This document shows positions 49,601 through 60,813 of a stretch of DNA of 64,000 nt, piece by piece. Every line of letters begins with the position of its first letter. Position 1 is the stretch's first letter. The DNA comes from Selaginella moellendorffii (Eukaryota; Plantae; Lycopodiophyta): NCBI RefSeq assembly GCF_000143415.4, contig NW_003314283.1, positions 320,752 through 384,751 of the forward strand, written 5' to 3'. A program made the translations under genes and the position numbers. Below the pieces are notes generated by a model. It was not told the origin of the DNA, did not search any database, and saw only the letters and a program-made list of their open reading frames with translations.

Positions 49601-51219
49601 ACCCATTGAGTTTAGCAACTCCCCGTCATGGTACCTCCTCAGCACATCTACCCATTTGTCAAAAACAACTTTTGTCGCGAGTAGAATGTTATGGATGCTG
49701 AGTGTGTCATTGACCCCCAGTGTTTTCGAGAGAAGACTCGAGAATTCCTGCAATGGAAATGGCGTGAGGCCACATGCTATGCCACATGCAACGAGGCTTA
49801 CCTGCCAGGCGCTAGTTGCTAGTGCACGTCCTTGTCCTGGTTTTTGTGGCTTCTTCAGTTGAACCCAGAGCTTCTGTGTTCGTGCCAATGTCTCGTGCAG
49901 ACCCGATTTGTAGCACGTTTCTTGCTTGACATTCTGCGCGTGGGAGATGGATATGATAGATCGGAGGGGCGAGTTGCCTTTTATCAGGCGGACAACTCTT
50001 GTCTTGAAGACTTTCTTCACCTCCTCGCCCACCATAATATCCAGAACTATCTCTTGCATCGCCAAGCTAGAATGCTGCCCGAAGACGGCATAGAACCGGA
50101 TGTTCTGATCGTCCAACACCTTCCTATTGATCAAGTTTGGAAACCTCGTCTCGCCCTTCATTGTTTGGTAGTAGGGGATCACGTCTGCGATGTCGGGTGT
50201 TACTGGACTTGCCAGCATCTTCTGCTTCAGTTTCTCCACCCACTCATCAGATACTAGCCTGTGGTTGTATTTGCTTTGGATGTCGATACGGCTCACGTCG
50301 ATTGTATATACTTTGTTGGAATAGTAACAAGTACTATTATCTGCGACGATTTTTGCTGCCTCTTCTTGCTCTTTCTGCTCTTTGCGGCTCTTCTTTTTGG
50401 TGGGTGTAGTGTTCGAACCCGAGGCAATGGCATCACCGAGTAGCTTCTTTTTTGGAGCAGCAGAGTCGGACGTCGGCTTGAGCTTGACCACCCTTTTCTC
50501 CTTCAGGGTAGTTTCCAGATCGACCCCCTTCCCCTTCGCTTCGCGAACTGGAGGCACTCTCAACGGCTCAATGTTGGAATATAGTTTTTGATCGCCGTAG
50601 GTGAGGTCCGTGGATTCCATGTGATCTTCATAGACCCGCAGCGTCTTTGAAATTGTGGGCCTCCTGGACAACCTCTCCCTAGCTCCCTCTAGGAATTCCT
50701 CATAGCCGCTGCCCCCCTCCGGGAAGCCGCTAGGATGTGCAAGGTGGATCTTGAAGGCGGACGCTGTCTCTACCACAAGTGCCAGTCCATATTCTTGCAT
50801 GGAACTGCATGGAGTGTCTGTCACTTGGATGAGGATCCCCATGCATTCTTTTCTCCCACCATCTGTGTTGTACAGCATCAGATCCTCGCCTTCCATCCCG
50901 AAAGTCCAACTGGTGAGCTCCTCCCCCTTCTCTGCATCCACATTGACAGTGGCTGGAAGAAGAACGCAATTCCTCGCCTGTTCAGAAATGCACAACAATT
51001 AGAGCTGACAGATGAAAAACTAGCAGTTGGAAATAACGTGAGGCCACACACCATTCACCATTGCATCAGATGTCTTGAGGCTGCATCCTAAGATGGCGTG
51101 AGGCTACACGCCATCTGTAACCGAACTGCACTCGAGAGCCCAATCGGTGCATGCCAATGTTGCTACTGAATGGCATGTGGCCTCATGCCATTTTCTACTT
51201 GGCCTAAAAGACTTACCAT
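46631..51219 (-). CDS. Transposon cargo gene: ParB/Srx-like domain + acidic tract + Pro/Thr repeats + FCP1-like HAD phosphatase domain (multi-exon, probably damaged in this copy)
   Basis: GT-AG introns at 50978-51216, 49748-49801, 48929-48975, 48335-48391, 48271-48319, 48140-48186 and 47494-47540 join the 693-, 191-, 205-, 134- and 294-aa ORFs. Motifs FYAVFGQHSSLA, VFDLNGVL and IIDDSPIK. Apparent frameshift near 47925. Confidence 0.72.
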
Positions 51220-51434
51220 TTGAAGCCGAATGGAGGCCGTGACAATCGAGGCCGGACTCGCTGGCGAATGTGCACTGTGTGTGCAGCGGATCGTAGCAGC
51301 AAGGCTACTCTGCCACTTACAGTTGGAGAGTGGCGCTGAAATCTCCCGGGACGCCAAGTGGGCTGCGTGTGGGTGGCGGAGTGGGCGGCGGAGTTGGCGG
51401 CGAAGTTACAAACTGGGTGTGTCTTGAAGTGGAC

Positions 51435-51610
51435 GCCGATGCACACGAGCGCGATGCGAGCGCGAGTGTGATGCAAGCGTGAGTGGACGCCGATGCACAC
51501 GAGAAACCTGTAGAGAAGTGAGCGTGATCGCGAGTGGGAGCGCGATGCGAGCGGGAGCGCGAGTGTGATGTGAGTGCGAGCACGAGTGTGATGCGAGCGC
51601 GAGTACGAAG
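51435..51610. repeat. GC-rich degenerate tandem repeat (GATGCGAGCGCGAGTGT-like) upstream of the cargo gene
   Basis: Directly visible. Confidence 0.7.
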
Positions 51611-52819
51611 CAAAATGCAAAACCTAACCTCACACGCGCGAAATGTCACAACGGTTGGTAATCCCGCCACGTCATCATTCCTCGGACTTGGGCGCCACCA
51701 TTAATTTCTAGATTGCCGCGTGCATGCAAGCACGCAAAATCCAAAAGAAATCCGCAACGTCATCATTCCTCGGACTACATGCACGCGAAATCCAAAAGAA
51801 AGATCATGATTGGGATATCATTTAATACCCTCGCTATATTTATACCATGCATGATTGGATATTCCAAAGCATCTTGTATTTCCAAAAATGGCAGATGTTC
51901 AGCTAAATAAAGAAATTCTATCTGTTTCTATTTTTCTCTCAAATCAATATTATAGCGTGTGGGCTCATGCAATTTTGAACTAAAGAAACCCAAAAAACGT
52001 TGGACCCAAAATATTTTGAAAAAACCCAAAAAACCCTAAACATTTTAAACCCAAAAATCCAGGCGTCCTGTGGCGTTATTCCTTGAATGGCGTGTGGGCG
52101 CATGCCATTTTCAGGGCCAAATGCTGAATGGAGAAAAATTCCCTTTCAGTGCAAATGCTGCAAGAGGCAGATGCCGAGCACAAAGGACTGTAATTACCTC
52201 ACATGACACAGATAAACTTTTCTCTATTTGGCAAAGATAAACTTTATAGCGTGTGGGCTCATGCAATTTTGAACCCAAAAAATGCACCCAAAAATTCTCG
52301 GCGTCATCTGGCGTTATCTCTTGAATGGCGTGGGGCCGCATGCCATTTTCAGGGGCACATAGGAGTATATTCCTAGGATATTCTAACATGCGTGAGATTT
52401 TTTTGAGTTTTCTGGAGATCCAACCGTTAGATCGCAACTAGATTTTACAGAATGGTATACAATGTCTTTCTTGATGACCCTGCAAAGAAGCATCTCGATC
52501 GGACACCACATGAAACCACACGAGCCTTACAATGTTTCAGGGGCATTTGCCATAGATCCGACCGTTATTTTGCTCCAAGATTTTACAGTTTGGTGTGCAT
52601 TGACCTTTCCATCGACACTGCAAAGGGACATCACAATCAGATGCGGGATCACAAGAAACTAACTTCACTAACTCTGGTTTCACCAAGATCTACGTAAGGA
52701 GTTATGAAATGAAAGGACCCTCTCTATTGAAATGTGTTTATGGTCCTAAGGGCATTGTGACATATCAAAGGATTTTGCATCAAGTTCTGTATTTGCATGT
52801 TTATCAAACTACTGAATTG

Positions 52820-52846
52820 CTAAACCCTAAACCCTAAACCCTAAAC
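52820..52846 (+). repeat. Interstitial plant telomere repeat (CCCTAAA)x3-4 / telo-box cluster
   Basis: CTAAACCCTAAACCCTAAACCCTAAAC. Confidence 0.85.
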
Positions 52847-53705
52847 ATGTGGCAAATGCTGCGTGAAGAAAGATGCCCTTTCTGGGCAAATGCTGTAAGA
52901 GGCAGATGCCGAGCAGATGTATTTCAGGCTAGCGAAGGGGACAAACGAAAGCTAGCTATAAACATGACGGGATGCAAATAGATTACTAGGCTGGTCCTGC
53001 GAAAATCAAAAACCATAATTGAAAACATTGAAAATGCAAAAAGAAAGGTTTATAATATTTTTGAATTTTAAGCAACCAAAGGAATGTGAGTAAGGCATGT
53101 GTTTGTAAGTTTAAAAATGCCTCAACCACTTAAATTCCCAAGTAAATAAAACTGTTTCTATTTTTGGTACAGGTAAACTTTATAGCGTGTGGGCTCATGC
53201 AATTTTGAACTCAAAAATGCACCAAAAAATGCTCGACTAGCATTATTCTTTGAATGGCGTGTGGCCTTATATTGCCATAAATGGACGTACACACACAGCA
53301 TAATTATTCCTTTACACGGCGAATAATCTTGGCGCGGATCGCTGACATGGCATGGCAAAGTTCGAATCACTGACATGGCACAGCTGGATCGAGGCAAGGA
53401 CATGATGTGACAAAGTTCAACCTCCGACAGCAAAGTCTAGAAGCTACTCAGTTTGAAATTTGTCAGAGGAGTCATAAAATCTAGTTTGTCAGAGGATTTG
53501 ATGTGACGTTCAAGCGTGTGTTATTTTTGAATTCTCGAACTCATTCCTAGGTCTATCATTTTTGTGCGCCGTGTTCTTGGTTCCGCTGAGCGCAGTGAGC
53601 GCTGCTTGTGTAAGCGGCGTTGTGAGCTGTGGTTTATGCGTCTACGAGCGGTTGCGGCATTGTGAGCGACATTGCGGGTGGCAGTTTATGCGAGTGGCAA
53701 TTTGT

Positions 53706-53777
53706 GCGAGCGGCGCTATGAGCAGTTGCGGTGTTGCGAGCGGCACTACGAGTAGTTGCGGTGTTGCGAGCGGCACT
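53706..53777 (+). repeat. 30-bp tandem repeat, about 2.4 copies
   Basis: Unit GCGAGCGGCACTACGAGTAGTTGCGGTGTT. Confidence 0.75.
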
Positions 53778-53981
53778 GTCTTTGGTGTGGCTACCGCTTC
53801 CTCTTGATATTCGGCACTTGTGCTTCCTGGTATGTTCACCATGGAATGGCTTAGGACCACATTTAGAAATGGCATGAGGCCACATGCCATCTTGGGCCCT
53901 TGCAATTTCATGGCTAGCGTATTGTCATGTATGTTTTTACTTGCCTGCAGCTGTGTGTATATCAAGATGGCATGTCATGCC

Positions 53982-54133
53982 ATCTTTGGCCCCTGCTAGC
54001 CTATTGCCATATTCCTTTTGCCTTGCTGCAACTGTATATATTTTTGTATGGGTGACTAGTCACGCACACAAAAATATATACAGTTGCAACAAGGCAAAAG
54101 GAATATAGCAACAGGCTAGCAGGGGCCAAAGAT
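53982..54133. repeat. 152-bp loopless inverted repeat
   Basis: 76-bp arms centred on GTGACT|AGTCAC with about 5 mismatches. Confidence 0.92.
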
Positions 54134-54341
54134 AGCGTGAGGCCTCATGCCATTAGTGGTACCACTAATGGCATGAGGGCTCATGCCAATTTTGTGAATG
54201 CAAAATTTCACGTGGGTGTCAATAGCATGTTTGAATAATGGCATGTGGCCTCATGCTATTGAGGTTGTTTGGTATGTTATGATTTAGGCCATTCTCCAAT
54301 CATTTTTTGTATGGTCTTAACTTCTTTTTTGCACTTTCAGA

Positions 54342-57300
54342 ATGGCCTTCAGGGTTGGGGAAAAGGTTTATATTTTGAATGGTGGGAAGAGAGTTGCAAA
54401 AGGGACCCTTGTGTCTATGGATCGGAACTTTGTTATACACTGTCAAAGGCTTGGGGAAGGCAATGCTGCTGTATCAGTAGAGACTGTCTTCGATGGGAAT
54501 GTGGTCGCTATTGAACGAGGAGAGATGGTCGTCGGGGTAAATGTTGTTGTTGCCTTGAAAAATCTTCAGAAGAAAGCAGATGTTGGGGACAGCGCAAGTG
54601 CGACGCATGTTCCCTCCGTGGATCTTAAGAACCGTGCTACATGGATTCAGGCGAAGGTGTTTCTAAACAACCCCGAGGGGGAGGTGGTAGCTGAGGGCTT
54701 AGCCACAGTTGTCGATCCAAGAGATGCGGTTGCTAATCAAGAATTGGGCTGGGATGATATTGGAATTGTGATTTTAGAGGTTGTTGACACAGAAGAAAAC
54801 AGTCTGACTATTGGAAGCATTGTGCGGTGGAAATTGAGGCACTTAGTGTTTGAGAATGTGAAGGATTCACAATCAAACACCACTACAACTGATGACAGAA
54901 CATCTCTTCATGGGAAAAGAAAGTACACCTTCCTAAAGCGCAGCCAAAGGGATCTGAGCAACGAACCGAAAAGGCAGAAAATGGCGATGGAGGTTCGAAT
55001 GGTCTCGACAGTTGTTTGTTGCAAGAGGAGGTGTTGTCAACATGCTGATTGGGATGTTATTGAAGAGGAGAGAGCAAGATACAAGACATTGTCCTGGAAG
55101 GCAGCTCGCAATTTTGTGTATGAGGCATTACGGTCATCTGTTGATGCTTCAGAACATCAGGTGGGGGGCATGGTCTTCCATAGGGGTTTGGTCTGCATGA
55201 AGGCATGGAGAATCATTTATGGAGTCCCTCGAACCACATTCTACAGAATCAAAACTGAGTTCGAGGAACAAAGGGTTCAACAAGCAGTCCATGGGAACGA
55301 CGGTACGCACAAAACCAGGGGTCATGTTGTATATGGAGAGGCAATCTTCAAGAGGTTTGTCGAGACATGTAGCGAGTAGCAACCACATAAAACCCGCCTC
55401 TTGGAAGATGGAACACGAGACACCCAACGAGTTCTCCCTTCCATGTATACCAAGGGGGCCATATTGGAAGATGTGAATCGGGAACTCCAGAGTAATGGCT
55501 ACAGGAAGCTGAGCCAATCTAGATTTAGTAGATTGTGGAGCAACAGGTTCAGGGATGTGAGTATAGGAAAGTACTCCAGCTTTTCAAAGTGTGACGAGTG
55601 CACTGCTATCAAAATGGCTTTGTCGAAGAATTCTTGCAGCGCTCAAGAGCGAAAGACGTTGGTTAGAAGGCGGCTCGACCACAACATCGAGCAGAGAAGC
55701 TGCAGGACTGCATATTATCATAACAGGATTCTCTCCATAGAGAGACCTGACTCTTACCTCTGCATCATCCACGACAAAATGGACCAGAAAAAGACGTGCT
55801 TACCTCGACTCAATCCTGCCCCCAAGGCAATCTCTTCATCCATGCAGCTGCCTGTGTCTCTGTTTGGCATAATCGCTCATGGGCATGGTGCCCAGAACTA
55901 TGGGAACTTCTTTGTACCTCTATGGGGTGGCGGGGGTGCAAACATGATGATTGCGTCCCTAGCAAAACACTTAAGGTCTCTGCAAAGTGCGCAGACTGAG
56001 CTGAACGGCCAACCCTTGCATAAGGCCCTTGTCGATCGAACCCCATACAGGGTTCAGCTGGAGGAGGAGCAAAGGCTTGCAGTATCGCGTGGGGCCCCAT
56101 GCCATCCCAGTGAATATGTTAGCTGTCAGATTGTAGGGTTATCACGTGAGGCCTCATGCCATTCCGACAAGGCTGGTCGCCCGGTGAATGCACAGCCTCA
56201 TCCAAACAAAGCAGAATCTCAAGGAAGTTCTTGCGGCCGATGTGGCCTTCCACCCCATCTTCTGCTCCAAACAGACAATGCTGGCAGTGAGAACAAAAAC
56301 ATGTACGTCTTCGCGTACTTGGCGATGCTTGTTGCCAAAGGCATATTTGAAACGGTTACACTTGGCTTTCTCATGGTTGGGCACACTCATGAAGACGTCG
56401 ATGCCATGTTCAGTCACCTGGCAGAGTCCCTCCGGCGATCCAATGTCCTCACCCTCCCACAACTCTACGATGAATTCCAAAATTGCATCAAAGGCACTGT
56501 TGAAGCTGCACTTCTGACAGAGGTTCCAGACTTTAAGGGGTTTGTAAGAGGCTACATCAGGGACGGATCCGAAACGCTGATTGGCCACTCCAAGCCTCTT
56601 CAGTTTCATTTCAGCATGTGTGACGGTGCTCCAGTGATGAGGTACAAGATGAGAGAATGGGACACAGTGTGGCTGCCAGTGGACGGCATTGAACTCTTCA
56701 AGAGAGATCCCATAACTGGGGAACCTATGATGCCGATGCACCCGGATGGACTCAAAGACCAGGAAAGTATAGTGGCCGGGATTAGACAGCATATTGCCTT
56801 CTGGAAGAGGGGGTTGGTGTTTGGTGGAGAATCCTATTTTCAGAGGTGCAAGCCTTTGCTCGAATACTGGGAGAAGATTATATCTGCTATCCAAAATGGG
56901 CCGGTTGTATATGAAGAATTGGAAGAGTCCTTTTGGCCAGAACCCAGAGCACCAGATAGTAGCGGAACAATGTCCTCTGGAAATGCAGTGACAGATAACG
57001 ATGTTGAGGATCACTATTGTGGGCCGAGGAACAAGAAGCCGGATTCAGCATTCAATCCAGTACAGGTCTGCAAAGGAATGGTCGTGCTTGTCAGACCCAG
57101 TAATAAAAAACAAATGATATGGGTGGGGCGCTGCATCACTGATGCAGAGGAGGACGCGGAAACTAACTCCTTCAATGTAACTGTGGAGTGGTTCAAGCCA
57201 AGTTCCGGATATACGAAGGATTGCCTAGAAAAAAGATGGGTGCTAAATCCAAGGGATCCCAGCATGAGCATATCGGTGGATAATGTTGTGCATGGTTGGA

Positions 57301-57392
57301 TGCGGAAGCAGAGTGCCACCATCACCTTGCCAGACCATGCAAGAGATGTAGCAAGAGCATTCATAACCCGGGTTCAAGGTGAGATTCATTAA
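54342..57392 (+). CDS. DDE transposase (Sola1/DUF7869-like motifs), about 1016 codons with one in-frame TAG at 55377-55379
   Basis: The 345-aa and 663-aa ORFs share one frame. Motifs CCKRRCC, VCMKAWRIIYGV, FSKCDEC, IIHDKMDQ, LQTDNAGSENKN and FLMVGHTHEDVDAMFS. A possible last mini-exon extends to 57465. Confidence 0.88.
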
Positions 57393-57672
57393 TATTCCTT
57401 TACTAAGTTTGTAATGTATTTTATTTCAAGGTGAACAATCTGAATCTGAATCAGAGGAGGCGTGATGGCATGTGGCTTGAGATGATGTGACATATGCATT
57501 TACCAATCACATGTGCATAAATCTAATAATATGGCGTGTGGCCCATATTAATGGCACATAAACCCATATTGTGGGCTTACGTGCTTTATGTACCATCATT
57601 CCCTTGCAGCGTGTGTGTTGGTTTCCTTTTATAACACAACGAACTCCATAGTTTAGGGTGAAGAGCGTTCTC

Positions 57673-57930
57673 ATGGCAAGCACAAAATCTGTAAGTGAGG
57701 CAGAAAAGGAGACGGAGAAGGAGATAGGTGAAGATGTAGAATATATAAGTCTTCCAAACTCCCCGTACTATACTCCAGGTGATCATTTTTCTGAACAAAC
57801 GGCAACATTAACAACTATCGAGAACGCCCCAGTAACGTCAGAGACAACAATCCAAAGCAAAACAACTGACCCGGAGAAGGATGATAGTACCGCTGAGAGT
57901 ACCAAAAAGGAGGTGTCCACTAGCGCTTAG
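57673..57930 (+). CDS. Small acidic Ser/Thr-rich ORF inside the transposon
   Basis: 85-aa ATG-initiated ORF with protein-like disordered composition; no motif recognised. Confidence 0.3.
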   Translation: MASTKSVSEAEKETEKEIGEDVEYISLPNSPYYTPGDHFSEQTATLTTIENAPVTSETTIQSKTTDPEKDDSTAESTKKEVSTSA

Positions 57931-58566
57931 GCTTATAATGGCGTGTGCCCTCATGCCATTTACTTGATCACCAAATACCTTTTTCCCTTTGCACTAGTAT
58001 ATCTTAATACCGGTCTGAGAAATAGAATGGCATGTGCCCTCAGGCCTTTTACTAAATCACCTTTGAAAGAAATGCAAGCCTTTATGTCGTAAAAAAAAGG
58101 TACTAGAGAAATTCCTTAATAATATGAATGTTATTTAGTTTCATGAAAATACACTAAGGGTCAAATGAGTTAAATGACTTCTCCAGACTAGCAATGCCTC
58201 TTGCTACACCTTCACAATTAGATTCGTTAGAAAAAGATAACATTGAATAATATCTAAATGTTCTCACCATTAAGTTATATGTCTGGCTAATAGGAATGAC
58301 GTTCATCTTGGAAAGCTCACCACACGCTCAATGAACAAACAAATAGTGTGTGCGCGCATGCCATCGCTCTTCTTTAGCTTCAGATTCGGCTTGTTCACCT
58401 TGACAATGAGATTTATTATACAACCAGATGGACTCAGTCTGGACACAAAGTCACCGCGCTAGTCACCATGCCCCAGATATGTCTAGCCCCTGGACAAAAA
58501 ACATATAATTTCACGTCATTTTCAAATACTTGAAAATTTGTACCTAGTCCCATTTTACTGAATAAA

Positions 58567-58590
58567 TCCCACTTTAACGAAATAGAGCTT
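58567..58590 (-). repeat. Right TIR
   Basis: TCCCACTTTAACGAAATAGAGCTT followed by CCAC. Confidence 0.97.
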
Positions 58591-60813
58591 CCACCGTAAT
58601 ATGGTTCATGCATAAACATGAAAGTCCTTAACCATCGACTTTCGTTCAAAGCCCTCTCTTTGAACACTCAGAAACTACTTCCCTAATCTTGCTAGCCTCG
58701 CCTCATGGCAAACTTCAAGACCACGCTTCTGCTGCACCACTCTGATTTCGCGCGTTCTATGAACCATTTACACTTGGTTGACTAGATACTTATCTACCTA
58801 GGGGAACGTTCAAGGAACTCTGTTCCTTAACTTACTAAGGTCTCTCCTTTCGCAAGCTTTCCAATTACCATATAGTTTAACATGGACAATCCCATGCTTT
58901 AGACTCTCCATGGCATCCCGGCCGCTAGTAACAACATGCTTGAGCACCCACTTGATTCTCCACTCTCAATTTGCATAACCACCCTTAGTCATGTCTGTCA
59001 ATTCCTATGGTTCAATTCTATCCTTATATTACTTGCTTTTTGGCTTTATACATTTCCTTCGGTTATTCTCCTCCAAACTAGGAAGGTAGCTTTGCACTTT
59101 CTACCATGCCTTGGCAAGTATTCATAGGGATGAACCTACCTGACAGCTTAGGGAGTGTTTCCTCAATTTGGGTATACTCACTTTGTAATCCCACATACTA
59201 GGATTACCGTTGCTACTTATGGGCCTTTATATGCCCATCACTAGCCTTGCCAAAATCCCTCTTTGGCTTTGTCCAATTTGGGTAGATGGACTTCTCCCAT
59301 CTCCACAACCTTGGACATTTGGATAGCACCTCCTATCTTTCATTCACTAAAGACTTTGTCCCTTGGGCATTATCGATTGCCCTCATGACACTAAACACCA
59401 CCTTCTGGTGTTCTAGAGTGTTTGAGTGTCCCAATGATGGCCTGTTTAGCAATGAGTATTCCCTTTACAACATTGACTTACTATCTCACAACATATCTAA
59501 CTTCTTTATCCCAATAAAAAGTTTTAGGTAGTTACCTTCTACCAGTTTAACTAATTATTTTGCACCTTTTGCTTAGTTGCCTCATAGTTGTCAAGTCCTC
59601 CAACTCATTGCTGGTGCTTCCACACCTCTATCATTATCTGTGTCACCACACTCTAACCGCATGCCTTCCAACTTAGGCTATATTATTCCCATTTCCATTG
59701 GGATTCCTTTGGAAGGGGTTCTTATAAACCTGCCAATTTGACCTCGAGGCAGCACGCCTTGGCACATTCAGTGTCTCCATACCATTGGCTCCACGAGCCT
59801 ACCTTTATGACATTTCTTACTTGTGTTTAGGTCTTTTTGCAAAGACCAATATGATTGTCTCTTATACCAATTATCCATTAGCACTGCACCATAGAGTTCA
59901 CACACAACTTTGCGTCAAAGTTGTTTTCTTCTAGGAAACTCCTTCCCACGACTTTAGCATGGCACCTTCTGCCATCAATGAGATACACACGGTTCTCATG
60001 CTTGGATCTCAAGATCCTCCCCATTCTTCGTGGGGCACCACACACCTCAGTCCAAATGCTTCCATCAATCCCTCAGGATTATTCCTTGACTCTATTAGAG
60101 TCATCAGACTTTTTGGACTTTGCTAATCCGATGACCCATGAGGTCCTACTTTTGAGGTACCAACTCACTAGAATACAACTCCTTATATTCATGTCCTACT
60201 CACAAGGACCATCTTTGCAAGTGTTACTCCAACACTTTATTTGTTCTTTAAGGGCAACCTTTTGCCCCTTATGACCACTTGTCCACATGATGAGAATACC
60301 AATTCATCCTCTAAGTACACCCCCAACTCCTTGGGTTGTTCCAACATTTATTCAAGGTAGCCCCGGCTACTATTTCAAGGACTTGTGTCCTCTTCCATAT
60401 TTGACCTCCCACGGTCATCAATTCCGGTCTCAAATTTATGAACACCAGCCTCACTATATGAGGGTAATCTTGTGACTCCTTTATTGTTTTGGAGTCTCTA
60501 TCTTTTCCGTGATCCCAACTATAGTTGTTTACCACAACTACATTAGCGTAAGTTTGCTAAATCAAATGTTCATTTGGATCACGTCCTCAACTCTCCGAGG
60601 AAAACCTTATACTATTCCCAAGATCCCAAAGTCGTTCCATTATTGGCCCCTTTCTATCCACCATATTGCGCACAAGTTCATGCATGAACTTGAGTGGAGA
60701 GCTATGTCCTCTCGACATGCTACTCCTCGAGAATAGGTCCATACCTAGGACCTTCCAATTCTAATACAAGTGGTGATATACTTGAGCACCAATAAGAGTC
60801 GGACTAAGGAACA

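Larger units (their letters stand above)
46189..58590. mobile_element. 12.4-kb TIR DNA transposon, Sola-like
   Basis: Perfect 24-bp TIRs and a 4-bp TSD CCAC (46185-46188, 58591-58594). Removing the element restores the family A interior seen uninterrupted at about 3830-3870. Encodes a DDE transposase. Confidence 0.95.

Noticed and set aside
56154-57364. Minus-strand 286-aa and 116-aa ORFs; likewise the plus-strand ORFs at 49.2-51.1 kb
   Set aside because: Antisense shadows of the transposase and the cargo gene.
46575-58364. 22-bp palindromes as a CRISPR array or as MITEs
   Set aside because: Spacing is irregular (tens of bp to kb), there are no cas genes, the context is eukaryotic, and the copies have no TSDs.
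46189-58590. Classification as CACTA, hAT, MULE, Harbinger or Helitron
   Set aside because: The termini are not CACTA, the TSD is 4 bp (not 3, 8 or 9-11), TIRs are present, and the transposase motifs do not match those superfamilies.
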